Source of the DNA: Eledone cirrhosa
Taxonomy: Eukaryota
DNA length: 43,430 nt
Reading direction: 5' to 3'
Assembly (NCBI GenBank): GCA_964016885.1
Contig: CAXHJY010000506.1
Span: 1 to 43,430 of the forward strand
Positions within the stretch are counted from its first letter, which is position 1. The number at the start of each line of letters is the position of its first letter. A model generated the notes under the pieces. The model did not search any database and had not been told where the DNA came from. It was given only the letters and a program-made list of their open reading frames with translations. The translations under genes were made by a program, and so were the position numbers. Below are positions 1 through 18,335 of the stretch, one piece after another.

Positions 1-45
1 GGATGTAAAGTAGTGGCCGTACTCGAAAACGAGTTGGCAGCCACC
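1..45 (+). mobile_element. 3' end of an RTE-derived non-autonomous element (B-type copy, cut by the window edge)
   Basis: Identical to 3426-3470 (GGATGTAAAGTAGTGGCCGTACTCGAAAACGAGTTGGCAGCCACC) and followed by a similar microsatellite. Confidence 0.85.
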
Positions 46-283
46 ATGTATATATGTATGTATGTATATATGTATGTATATGTGTATATATATATATATG
101 TATGTATATATATATATATATATATGTATGTATATGTATATATATATATGTATGTATATGTGTATATGTGTATGTGTCTAATATGTATGTGTATGTATAT
201 ATATATGTATGTATATATGTATGTATATATGTATGTATATATATATATGTATGTATGTATATATATATGTATATATATATATG

Positions 284-314
<31 letters not shown>

Positions 315-715
315 GTATATATATATATGTATATATATATATATGTATATATATATATGTATATATATATATATGTTATATATATATATGTATATATATA
401 TATGTATATATATATATGTATATATATATATGTATGTATATATATATATGTATATTATATATATGTATGTATATATATATATGTATATATATATATGTAT
501 GTATGTATATATATATATGTATATATATATTATATGTATGTATATATATGTATAATGTATATATATATTATGTATGTATATGTAATATATGTATGTATGT
601 ATATATATGTATGTATGTATATATATATGTATGTATATATATATGTATGTATATATGTATGTATATATGTATGTATATATATATGTATGTATATATGTAT
701 GTATATATGTATGTA

Positions 716-748
<33 letters not shown>

Positions 749-777
749 ATATATATGTATGTATGTATATATATATG

Positions 778-810
<33 letters not shown>

Positions 811-847
811 GTATGTATATATATATATATATGTATATATATGTATG

Positions 848-878
<31 letters not shown>

Positions 879-883
879 GTATG

Positions 884-916
<33 letters not shown>

Positions 917-921
917 GTATG

Positions 922-954
<33 letters not shown>

Positions 955-1043
955 GTATGTATATATATATATATGAATGTATATATATATATATATATGT
1001 GTATATATATATATATGAATGTATATATATATATATATATGTG

Positions 1044-1140
<97 letters not shown>

Positions 1141-1280
1141 GAATGTATATATATATATATATATGTGTGTATATATATATATATGTATGTATATATATAT
1201 ATATATATATGTATGTATATATATATATATATGTATGTATATATGTATGTATAATGTGTGTATATGTATATATATGTATG

Positions 1281-1313
<33 letters not shown>

Positions 1314-1344
1314 GTATGTATGTATATATATATATATATGTATG

Positions 1345-1393
<49 letters not shown>

Positions 1394-1745
1394 GTATGTA
1401 TATATATATATGTATATATATGTATGTATATATATATGTATATATATATGTATGTATATATATATATGTATATGTATGTATGTATGTATATATATATGTA
1501 TGTATATATATATGTATATGTATGTATGTATGTATATATATATGTATGTATTATATATATGTATATATATGTATATATATGTATCTATATATATATATGT
1601 GTATATGTATATATGTGTATGTATATATATATGTGTATGGATATATATATATGTGTATGTATATATATATATATGTGTATGTATATATATGTATATGTAT
1701 GTATGTATGTATGTATATATATATGTATGTATATATATATGTATG

Positions 1746-1778
<33 letters not shown>

Positions 1779-1824
1779 ATATATATGTATATATATATAT
1801 ATTGTCTGTATATATATATGTCTG

Positions 1825-1864
<40 letters not shown>

Positions 1865-2039
1865 TATATGTATGTATATATATATATATATATATGTATG
1901 TATATATATATGTATGTTATATATATGTATATATATATGTATGTATATATATGTATATATATATGTATGTATATATATATATATGTATGTATGTATGTAT
2001 AATATATATATGTATGTATGTATGTATATATGTATGTAT
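46..2039. repeat. Compound (TA)n/(TATG)n microsatellite
   Basis: Read directly. Internal landmarks (GTGTCTAAT, GAATGT, GTATCTAT) recur in 3471-5682 and 7096-8759. Confidence 0.98.
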
Positions 2040-2504
2040 AAAACCTGTCAAAGGGCAAAGGAGCTCTTAAGAGTCAATGGCCATCCAAAATCACCGGGAG
2101 AGATGACCCCTTAGCCTTTGTCAAGGCAGAATTCTAGGAGAAGGAAAACTCTGATATCACACCTGCAACCCTGATGATATCCAATGATGTTGACTTGTTC
2201 TTCTTTTTGGTAAATATCATCTTGGTTAAGAGAGTGGGACTGGCTTTGTGCAGTGCCTTTGCTCACTATAAAAACTTCACGGCACAGGCATTGCTTTATA
2301 TCTGGAGATCTCTCTGCACTTGTCGTCACATGGTACCATGGGCCCAGCACTATGTGTCAATAATTGTCACATGTGTAGTGTTTGTACCAAAGTTTTCAAG
2401 TCGCTGGCCGGACTGAAAAGTCACACTCGTTCAGCGCATCGGTAGGGGTCCTCCTACATGGATATAAAGTAGTGGCCGTACTCGAAAACGAGTTGGCAGC
2501 CACC
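2040..2504 (+). mobile_element. RTE-derived non-autonomous retroelement, 5'-truncated A-type copy (~465 bp)
   Basis: Nearly identical to 5683-6146 and 8760-9224. Contains TCTAGGAGAAGGAAAACTCTGA, which resembles RTE-clade 5' UTR motifs (from recollection), a degenerate ORF2 C-terminus and a terminal stem-loop followed by a microsatellite tail. Confidence 0.65.
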
Positions 2505-2523
2505 ATGTATATATATATGTATG

Positions 2524-2563
<40 letters not shown>

Positions 2564-2577
2564 TATATATATGTATG

Positions 2578-2610
<33 letters not shown>

Positions 2611-2830
2611 ATATATATGTATGTATATATATATGTATGTATATATATATGTATGTATATATATATATGTATGTATATATATATATATGTATATATATGT
2701 ATGTATATATATATATATGTATATATATATGTATATATATATATATATGTATATATATATGTATATATATATGTATATATATATATATGTATATATATAT
2801 ATGTATATATATATATATGTATATATATAT
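2505..2830. repeat. (TA)n/(TATG)n microsatellite spacer
   Basis: Read directly. Confidence 0.98.
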
Positions 2831-3470
2831 ACCAGTTGGTCACCAGTTGGTGCTACTGGTAACATGTATCCCAGTACAACCTGTCTCATGGTCGGGTCGT
2901 TGGCGACTAAACTGGCAACCCCACCAAGGTTTCTTGGTGAGGAGGGTGACTTTGGACATCCTGCAGGACTAAAAACAAAACCTGTCAAAGGGCAAAGGAG
3001 CTCTTAAGAGTCAATGGCCATCCAAAATCACCGGGAGAGATGACCCCTTTAGCCTTAGTCAAGGCAGAATTCTAGGAGAAGGAAAACTCTGATATAACAC
3101 CTGCAACCCTGATGGTATCCAATGATGTTGACTTGTTCTTCTTTTTGGTAAATAGCATCTTGGTTAAGAGAGTGGGACTGGCTTTGTGCAGTGCCTTTGC
3201 TCACTATAAAAGCTTCACGGCACAGGCATTGCTTTATATCTGGAGATCTCTCTGCACTTGTCCTCACATGGGCCCAGCACTATGTGTCAATAATTGTCCT
3301 ACCATGGGCCTAGCACTATGTGTCAATGATTGTCACAGGTGTAGTGTTTGTACCAGAGGTTTCAAGTCGCTGGCTGGACTAAAAAGTCACACTCGTTCAG
3401 CGCTTCGGTAGGGGTTATCCTACATGGATGTAAAGTAGTGGCCGTACTCGAAAACGAGTTGGCAGCCACC
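2831..3470 (+). mobile_element. RTE-derived non-autonomous retroelement, longer B-type copy (~640 bp)
   Basis: Same body as the A copies plus ~145 bp of extra 5' sequence. Encodes [19 protein letters not shown], matching the CxxCxRxFxSxxGLxSHxR zinc-finger-like C-terminus of RTE-clade ORF2. Internal ~35-bp duplication at ~3268-3334. Confidence 0.7.
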
Positions 3471-3941
3471 ATGTATATATGTATGTATGTATATATGTAT
3501 GTATATGTGTATATATATATATATGTATGTATATATATATATATATATATGTATGTATATGTATATATATATGTATGTATATGTGTATATGTGTATGTGT
3601 CTAATATGTATGTGTATGTATATATATATGTATGTATATATGTATGTATATATGTATGTATGTATATATATATATGTATGTATGTATATATATATGTAAT
3701 ATATATAGTATTATATATATGTATATATATATATGTATATATATATATGTATATATATATATATGTATATATATATATGTATGTATATATATATATATGT
3801 ATGATATATATATATGTATATATATATATGTATATATATATATGTATGTATATATATATATGTATATATATATATGTATGTATATATATATATGTATATA
3901 TATATATATGTATGTATGTACTATATATATATGTATGTATG

Positions 3942-3972
<31 letters not shown>

Positions 3973-4184
3973 GTATGTATATTATATATATGTATATACA
4001 TATATGTATGTATATGTATATATATGTATGTATGTATATATATATGTATGTATATATATATGTATATATATATGTATATATATATGTATGTATATATGTA
4101 TGTATATATATATGTATGTATGTATATATATATGTATATATATATGTATATATATATATGTATGTATATATATATATATGTATG

Positions 4185-4219
<35 letters not shown>

Positions 4220-4331
4220 GTATGTATATATATATATGTATGTATATATATATATATGAATGTATATATATGTATATATATATATATGAATGTATATATA
4301 TATATATATATGTGTATATATATTATATATG

Positions 4332-4368
<37 letters not shown>

Positions 4369-4418
4369 GAATGTATATATTATATATATATATGTGTGTA
4401 TATATATATATATGTATG

Positions 4419-4450
<32 letters not shown>

Positions 4451-4684
4451 CATGTATGTATATATATATATATATGTATGTATGTATATATATATATATA
4501 TGTATGTATATATGTATGTATATGTGTGTATATGTATATATATGTATGTATATGTATATATATATGTATGTATAATACTATATATATGTATGTATATATA
4601 TATATATATGTATGTATATATATATATATATATGTATGTATATATATATATATATGTATGTATATATATATATATATATGTATG

Positions 4685-4718
<34 letters not shown>

Positions 4719-5430
4719 TGTATGTATATATTGTATGTATATATATATATGTATATATATGTATGTATATATATATATGTATATATATGTATGTATATAT
4801 ATATATGTATATATATGTATGTATATATATATATGTATATATATGTATGTATATATATATGTATATATATATGTATATATATATGTATATATATATGTAT
4901 ATATATATATGTATGTATATATATATATGTATATGTATGTATGTATGTATATATATATGTATGTATATATATATGTATATGTATGTATGTATGTATATAT
5001 ATATGTATGTATATATATATGTATATGTATGTATGTATGTATATATATATGTATGTATATTATATATGTATATATATGTATCTATATATATATATGTGTA
5101 TATGTATATATGTGTATGTATATATATATATGTATGTATTATATATATATGTGTATATGTATATATGTGTATGTATATAATATGTGTATGGATATATATA
5201 TATGTGTATGTATATATATATATGTGTATGTATATATATGTATATGTATGTATGTATGTATGTATATATATATGTATGTATATATATATGTATATATATA
5301 TATATGTATGTATATATGTATATATATATATATGTATATATATATGTATGTATATATATATGTATATATATATATATGTATGTATATATATATGTATGTA
5401 TATATATATGTATATATATATATATGTATG

Positions 5431-5470
<40 letters not shown>

Positions 5471-5643
5471 TATATGTATGTATATAATATATATATATAT
5501 ATGTATGTATATATATATATATATATATGTATGTATATATATATGTATGTATATGTATGTATATATATATGTATGTATATATATGTATATATATATGTAT
5601 GTATATATATGTATATATATATGTATGTATATATATATGTATG

Positions 5644-5674
<31 letters not shown>

Positions 5675-5682
5675 GTATGTAT
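3471..5682. repeat. Compound (TA)n/(TATG)n microsatellite
   Basis: Read directly; paralogous to 46-2039. Confidence 0.98.
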
Positions 5683-6146
5683 AAAACCTGTCAAAGGGCA
5701 AAGGAGCTCTTAAGAGTCAATGGCCATCCAAAATCACCGGAGAGATGACCCCTTAGCCTTTGTCAAGGCAGAATTCTAGGAGAAGGAAAACTCTGATATC
5801 ACACCTGCAACCCTGATGATATCCAATGATGTTGACTTGTTCTTCTTTTTGGTAAATATCATCTTGGTTAAGAGAGTGGGACTGGCTTTGTGCAGTGCCT
5901 TTGCTCACTATAAAAACTTCACGGCACAGGCATTGCTTTATATCTGGAGATCTCTCTGCACTTGTCGTCACATGGTACCATGGGCCCAGCACTATGTGTC
6001 AATAATTGTCACATGTGTAGTGTTTGTACCAAAGTTTTCAAGTCGCTGGCCGGACTGAAAAGTCACACTCGTTCAGCGCATCGGTAGGGGTCCTCCTACA
6101 TGGATATAAAGTAGTGGCCGTACTCGAAAACGAGTTGGCAGCCACC
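5683..6146 (+). mobile_element. RTE-derived element, A-type copy
   Basis: Matches 2040-2504 apart from a 1-bp indel, with the same 5' truncation point (AAAACCTGTCAAAGGG). Confidence 0.65.
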
Positions 6147-6165
6147 ATGTATATATATATGTAGT

Positions 6166-6227
<62 letters not shown>

Positions 6228-6248
6228 ATATATATATATATATGTATG

Positions 6249-6279
<31 letters not shown>

Positions 6280-6490
6280 ATATATATGTATGTATATATA
6301 TATGTATGTATATATATATATGTATGTATATATATTATGTATATATATATGTATGTATATATATATATGTATGTATATATATATATGTATGTATATATAT
6401 ATATGTATGTATGTATATATATATATGTATGTATATATATATATGTATGTATATATATATGTATGTATATATATATGTATGTATATATGT

Positions 6491-7095
6491 CAGGTCACCA
6501 GTTGGTGCTACTGGTAACATGTATCCCAGTACAACCTGTCTCATGGTCGGGTCGTTGGCGACTAAACTGGCAACCCCACCAAGGTTTCTTGGTGAGGAGG
6601 GTGACTTTGGACATCCTGCAGGCTAAAAACAAAACCTGTCAAAGGGCAAGGGAGCTCTTAAGAGTCAATAGCCATCCAAAATCACCGGGAGAGATGACCC
6701 CTTAGCCTTTGTCAAGGCAGAATTCTAGGAGAAGGAAAACTCTGATATAACACCTGCAACCCTGATGGTATCCAATGATGTTGACTTGTTCTTCTTTTTG
6801 GTAAATATCATCTTGGTTAAGAGAGTGGGACTGGCTTTGTGCAGTGCCTTTGCTCACTATAAAAGCTTCACGGCACAGGCATTGCTTTATATCTGGAGAT
6901 CTCTCTGCATTTGTCGTCACATGGTACCATGGGCCCAGCACTATGTGTCAATAATTGTCACAAGTGTAGTGTTTGTACCAGAGCTTTCAAGTCGCTGGCT
7001 GGACTAAAAAGTCACACTCGTTCAGCGCATCAGTAGGGGTTCTCCTACATGGATATAAAGTAGTGGCCGTACTCGAAAACGAGTTGGCAGCCACC
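6491..7095 (+). mobile_element. RTE-derived element, B-type copy (variant)
   Basis: Has the 5' extension and B-diagnostic variants (GATATAACAC, GATGGTATCC, AAAGCTTC, GGCTGGACTAAA) but lacks the internal duplication seen in 2831-3470. Confidence 0.7.
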
Positions 7096-7452
7096 ATATA
7101 TATATGTATGTATATATATATATATATGTATGTATATATATATATATATATATGTATGTATATGTATGTATATATGTATGTATATGTGTATTATGTGTAT
7201 GTGTCTAATATGTATGTATGTGTATGTATATATATATGTATGTATATATGTATGTATATATATATGTATATATATATATGTATGTATGTATATATATATG
7301 TATATATATATATGTATGTATATATATATATGTATATATATGTATGTATGTATGTATATATATATATATGTATATATATATGTATGTATATATATATATG
7401 TATGTATATATATATATGTATATATATATGTATGTATATATATATATGTATG

Positions 7453-7483
<31 letters not shown>

Positions 7484-7570
7484 GTATATATATATGTATG
7501 TATATATATATGTATATATATATGTATGTATATATATATGTATATATATATGTATGTATATATGTATGTA

Positions 7571-7604
<34 letters not shown>

Positions 7605-7625
7605 GTATATATATATATATGAATG

Positions 7626-7656
<31 letters not shown>

Positions 7657-7856
7657 GTATATGTATGTATATGTATATTATATATATGTATATATATATA
7701 CATGTATGTATATATATATATGTATGTATATGTATATATGTATGTATATATGTATATATATGTATGTATATATATATATATATGTATGTATATATATATA
7801 TATATGTATGTATATATATATATATATATGTATGTATATATATATATATATGTATG

Positions 7857-7894
<38 letters not shown>

Positions 7895-7941
7895 GTGTGT
7901 GTATATGTATATATGTATATATATGTATGTATATATATATG

Positions 7942-7976
<35 letters not shown>

Positions 7977-8531
7977 GTATATATATATGTATATGTATAT
8001 GTATATATGTATGTATATGTATGTATATATATATATGTATATATATGTATGTATGTATATATATATGTATATATATGTATCTATATATATATATGTGTAT
8101 ATATATATATGTATGTATATATATATATGTGTATATATATATATGTATGTATATATGTATGTGTATGTATATATATGTATGTGTATGTATATGTATATAT
8201 GTGTATGTATGTGTATGTATATGTATATATGTGTATGTATATATATATGTGTATGTATATATATGTATATGTATGTATATATATGTATATGTATGTATGT
8301 ATATGTATGTATATATATATATATGTATGTATATATATGTATATGTATGTATATTTATATGTATGTATATATGTATGTGTGTATATATATATGTATGTAT
8401 ATATATATGTATGTATATATATATGTATATATATATATATGTATGTATATATATATGTATGTATATATATATATATATATATGTATGTATATATATATGT
8501 ATATATATATGTATGTATATATATATGTATG

Positions 8532-8564
<33 letters not shown>

Positions 8565-8759
8565 ATATGTATGTATGTATATATATGTATGTATGTATAT
8601 ATATATGTATTGTATATATATATATGTATGTATGTATGTATATATATATGTATGTATATATATGTATATATGTATGTATATATATGTATATATATATGTA
8701 TGTATGTATGTATATATGTATGTATATATATATATGTATGTATATATATATGTATGTAT
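7096..8759. repeat. Compound (TA)n/(TATG)n microsatellite
   Basis: Read directly. Confidence 0.98.
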
Positions 8760-9224
8760 AAAACCTGTCAAAGGGCAAAGGAGCTCTTAAGAGTCAATGG
8801 CCATCCAAAATCACCGGGAGAGATGACCCTTAGCCTTTGTCAAGGCAGAATTCTAGGAGAAGGAAAACTCTGATATCACACCTGCAACCCTGATGATATC
8901 CAATGATGTTGACTTGTTCTTCTTTTTGGTAAATATCATCTTGGTTAAGAGAGTGGGACTGGCTTTGTGCAGTGCCTTTGCTCACTATAAAAACTTCACG
9001 GCACAGGCATTGCTTTATATCTGGAGATCTCTCTGCACTTGTCGTCACATGGTACCATGGGCCCAGCACTATGTGTCAATAATTGTCACATGTGTAGTGT
9101 TTGTACCAAAGTTTTCAAGTCGCTGGCCGGACTGAAAAGTCACACTCGTTCAGCGCATCGGTAGGGGTCCTCCTACATGGATATAAAGTAGGTGGCCGTA
9201 CTCGAAAACGAGTTGGCAGCCACC
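8760..9224 (+). mobile_element. RTE-derived element, A-type copy
   Basis: Matches 2040-2504 apart from single-base indels. Confidence 0.65.
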
Positions 9225-14418
<5,194 letters not shown>

Positions 14419-14504
14419 GTGTCCTGTGTTTCATCCATTTTTTTTCCCCAGTATCTTTCCCTACCTTTTTTATTCATTATATAATTATCATTATTTCTTT
14501 TTAG

Positions 14505-14550
14505 GCGAAACTCAGAGGAAATTGATGAAACTACACGATTGATTGGTTGA
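14505..14550 (+). CDS. Possible short terminal coding exon ([14 protein letters not shown]) of an upstream gene
   Basis: Pyrimidine tract and acceptor TTATTTCTTTTTAG|G at 14504/14505, open frame 14506-14550 ending in TGA, followed by AT-rich UTR-like sequence. No homology recognised. Confidence 0.25.
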
Positions 14551-16109
14551 TAACATCAAAAGAGAGAGAGCGATAGCTGGATGAAAATATCAGAAATATG
14601 GTTTAGTGTTAAACATTATCTTTCTCGTCTCTTTTGTTTGTTGGTGTGGAAAGAATTCCTTCCCGAGGAGCCAAACCAAAATTGACAGATATTATTCTTT
14701 AAATAGAAAACTTTGCAAATTTTTTTTTCTAATTTATTATGAAATTTTTCTTTTCATCCCATAATATAGTTATTGTAGGGAATGAAGATGTTTTTTTTTC
14801 TTCAAGAAAAAGAATATAAATTGAGAGGAAAGTCTGACAACTACCTCTTTGGAATATATTTACTATGAATCCCAGAAAGGAAAGAGGGTAGAGGAAATGT
14901 ATGTGTGAGCATCCAATCACAAATACACACTTTCATATATATATATATATATATATATTTATTCTACATAGGGTATGTCAATTTACTGTTGCCACATTAT
15001 GAAAATATATGTGTGTACTCATTGTCATATTATCTAAGTGTATTCTGCATTTGTTTGTTGTCATACTTTGGAAGAATATGCACGCACACACACTCTCTCT
15101 CTCTGTGGATTCTGCCCATTCATTATTGAGATGAAGGTATATACTTAAATATGCCATTTTTGGAGTTCTCATTTGTAAAAAAAATCAATAGTAGTAGTTA
15201 ATATATTTTTTCACTGCCATCTGTTACAATACTCAAGATAAACCCTACATATACTCAGTGGAAATATATTGTTTATTTGGTAAAATCTGTTTCAAATGGC
15301 TGTAATTATATAACAAATCCATGCCTGCAAGTCGGAGATGATTCAGATGTCATGTGTATGTGAATGAGGTGCATCAAACTTAAAAATATTTTATTTGTAT
15401 GAATGCTATCATGATACTGTCTAAGAACTGTTCTCAACATTGTTTACACTTTAGGGGTGTTAGTGGGGTGGAATACATTTACTGCACATGGTAGTATGCA
15501 TGCATCAACTACATCACATCACACTGCACCACTACAACGATGACGATGCCGCAATTTCTTATAATCAAACCTGCAAACCCACACTTCTAATTTACTGAAG
15601 TTAGTGCATGATACAATGAGAATTTGCCGATTGCAATACAATGGATTATAAAAACTACATACATGCAATATATCACAACATTGAAATGCATACACAGATA
15701 TACATACACTTTACCATATAATAAACTGCATTGATAGTATCCAAAACAGTCCTTATTACACATACATACACACACCTTTATGAAATACTCTGATACTCAT
15801 CTTCAATGTTTATCCATACACCATTTAATCTCTACATAGACTAAGGGGTGTGTATTGACAGTGTGTCTTCAATGAGGTAAGTTCATAACTTGGTTTCAAT
15901 TTCTAGTTTCACTTCATTTATATCAGTGTCTTATCAAGACATAAATTCTCATTTCATTCCCTGTCCCTTAAGGAATATTCCTGTGGAATCAGTTGGGCTA
16001 ATTGCCAAATGATTGATACCACCAATTAACAAAAAATAAAATGTCAGAACTCTTGGAGAAATTAATTTAGTTATATTTAAAATATATTTGCTCTTTAAAT
16101 TATACTGCC

Positions 16110-16308
16110 ACTGTTTTCAGTGACAGAGCATCAGATGAAATGCTTTATAGTATTTATATTTGTCCTATAACACTGTTTAAATCTTGCAGTGGTTGACATT
16201 TGATCTCTTCAGGCCAGCTAAAAGTAGTACCAGGCATGTATTCTAGTTGATTCAATTAACTATGCCTTCTTGAAAAATGTGTATCCTTGTGCCAATGAGA
16301 AATTATTA
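16110..16308 (+). mobile_element. Highly decayed SINE copy
   Basis: Patchy similarity to the 16323-16542 family (AAATGCTT, AGTACCAG, CCTTGTGCCAA...AGAAATTATTA tail). Confidence 0.4.
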
Positions 16309-16322
16309 GTATCACTTTGTAA

Positions 16323-16542
16323 ATGGCAGTGGATTGGTAGAATCGTTAGAGTCAGGCAAAAATGCTTAGCGGCATTTAGTTTTGACTCTTTGCAATTCTG
16401 AGTTCAAATACCACAGTCAACTTTGCCTTTCATCCTTCTGAGATTGATAAAATAAAGTACCAGTCAATTACTGAGATTGATTTAACTGACTTCCCTTCTC
16501 AAAAATTGCTGGCTTTGTGTGTCTAAATTAGAAACCATTATT
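16323..16542 (+). mobile_element. tRNA-derived SINE with a Meta-like central domain
   Basis: A-box-like TGGTAGAATCG, B-box GAGTTCAAAT, core GCCTTTCATCCTT...GATAAAATAAAGTACCAG, and an ATT-rich tail. Homologous to 21413-21602 and 21613-21820. Confidence 0.85.
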
Positions 16543-16998
16543 ATAATTATTATATACTATTTGTAAACTGCTTCTGGTTGAACATAAAACATTTACATTA
16601 CATTAAATATATTTTCATATTTCCGTCCAGCTCGTATCAGAATGGAAAAATAAACATAATCATAATGATCATACATTGTTGTTGACTATGAGCAACTGAG
16701 ACTGAACTCCTGCTGCTATTTTGTTAGAAACTATTTTTTTTCCTGTAATTATTTGTATATCTCAGATCAGTTTTAGGTTGAGACTTGGTTGACCAAGCTC
16801 ACTGAAATATATGCTCTTAAGCTTCTGGCAAGCTGAGCCTTTTTTGACTGGAGTTTCAAGCTCAGGGCTGTCACATCCTGAACCAAATGAAAATTGATGT
16901 AATTTATTTAGGATATAGTGACAAGATTGAATGCTCTAGAATGAGAATAATTATGCATCTTGCATCTTCATAATTCTAAGATTCCATTAAAATATTAA

Positions 16999-17182
16999 CA
17001 TCCTGTACCGCATGAGACCGTGTAAGTTAGACCATAAAAAATACAAAACAGCACTATGATTGCATCACATAAAAATTTCAAACTTTTACCCTAATACTGC
17101 AAACTTTCACAATCTATCCACAACAAATAGTGGAATTGATAAATCTGTTTTTAGATATTTTCTGCTAAATCATTACAGGATG
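16999..17182. mobile_element. Candidate piggyBac-like MITE
   Basis: TTAA|CATCCTGTA ... TACAGGATG|TTAA: 9-bp TIR with TTAA on both sides. Confidence 0.5.
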
Positions 17183-17566
17183 TTAAGAGTTAAGAAATTT
17201 ATTAATTTTTGAACTGTGCCGAATAAAAACCTGTTTCTTTATTAAGAAAATGATAAATGGAAGCTATTTTAACAAACTGAATTTTTGTTGTTGTTAATTA
17301 TAAAAACCTCATGTATTAATTTACTGAAATTATGAGATTTATTAATATGAAAATACAGGAAAGAAAAGCCATTCAAAAATTTTTATATAAATATATTTTT
17401 TTGTTGGGTGGGTAATGTATATATTATATGATTCTGATTTGAGCTTTAAAATTGTATCTCCCCTACATCTCATGCTGTCATTTTGAAATAATAAAATCAA
17501 ACTTGATAATAAAAAAAAACACTCTTTTTCATTCAATTTTTAATAACTTGCTGAAACAGTATTTAA

Positions 17567-17744
17567 CCTTTTAGCATTTAAACCGGCAGCCAAAATGTTC
17601 TCACCTCTTTCTGTTTAAATTGGCTACTCATACTGACATTAAGGTATTGTTCTCAAAATAACACCAAAATCTCAGATTAAATATTATGTGAGATAATTAT
17701 AAAGCCTTTACCACAAAAATACATATAATGTAAATGCTAAAGGG
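17567..17744. mobile_element. piggyBac-like MITE
   Basis: TTAA|CCTTTTAGCATTTA ... TAAATGCTAAAGGG|TTAA: 14-bp TIR (1 mismatch) with CC termini and a TTAA target duplication. Confidence 0.75.
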
Positions 17745-17939
17745 TTAAAAGAGTTTGTGTGTGCATGTGCATGTTTATGGGTGTATGCACACGCATGTAT
17801 ATATGTGTTCAATAAAATTTGTGTTTTGAAACATTATTTTGGAGTTTCAATATCTTTTGGTTTGTTTTGATTCCTTTTTTTTTCTGTGCACCCAAAATCT
17901 TATCATGCCTTCTATTGAACCTGGATCTATTATCTAAAA

Positions 17940-18106
17940 CAGTCATAGGCAAACTGTGGCCTGCAAGCTACGTGCAGTCCATTTAGCTTTCTGAATGGCA
18001 TGACTAATTTCAAAATTGCATTGAATTTTTTAGTAGTGCAGCCCACATTATGATAAGCCACATACTACTATGCGGCCCACTGCTTGAAAAAGGTTGTTCA
18101 TGCCTA
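17940..18106. mobile_element. hAT (Charlie-like) MITE, decayed
   Basis: Ends CAGTCATAGGCAAAC... and ...AAGGTTGTTCATGCCTA with GCGGCCC-like subterminal motifs. 8-bp flanks ATCTAAAA (17932-17939) and ATCTAAAG (18107-18114) fit a hAT TSD. Confidence 0.65.
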
Positions 18107-18249
18107 ATCTAAAGTCTAAATTTGATTTTTCATTTCACATCTATCACCTGGTAGCAAGCAAATAAGGCAAATTGTATATAGTTTATATACAGCCTTACCA
18201 GTTATATATATACATATATATAATAGTAATGAGTATAATTGAAGTTGCA

Positions 18250-18335
18250 ATTTACGTCCGACTGAATTTCGAAGACTGCCAATGTCAACTTTGTCTTTCA
18301 TCTTCTCAGTTGATAAATTACTAGTTGTTTTATAT
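18250..18335 (+). mobile_element. Decayed SINE core fragment
   Basis: GTCAACTTTGTCTTTCATCTTCTCAGTTGATAAA matches the core of the SINE family above. Confidence 0.6.

Noticed and set aside
2171-2200. CTGATGA in the A-type element as a possible hammerhead
   Set aside because: No stem II plus GAAA follows, and the B copies read CTGATGG.
2111-2416. Repeated 79-80 aa ORFs on both strands (also at 5753, 6702 and 8830)
   Set aside because: They lie inside the repeated retroelement, have no recognisable domain, and are altered in the 3055/3112 copy.
2831-2975. HDV-like ribozyme at the 5' end of the B element
   Set aside because: Hairpins are present, but I could not build the nested double pseudoknot (P3/L3/P1.1/J4-2) by eye, so it is not called.
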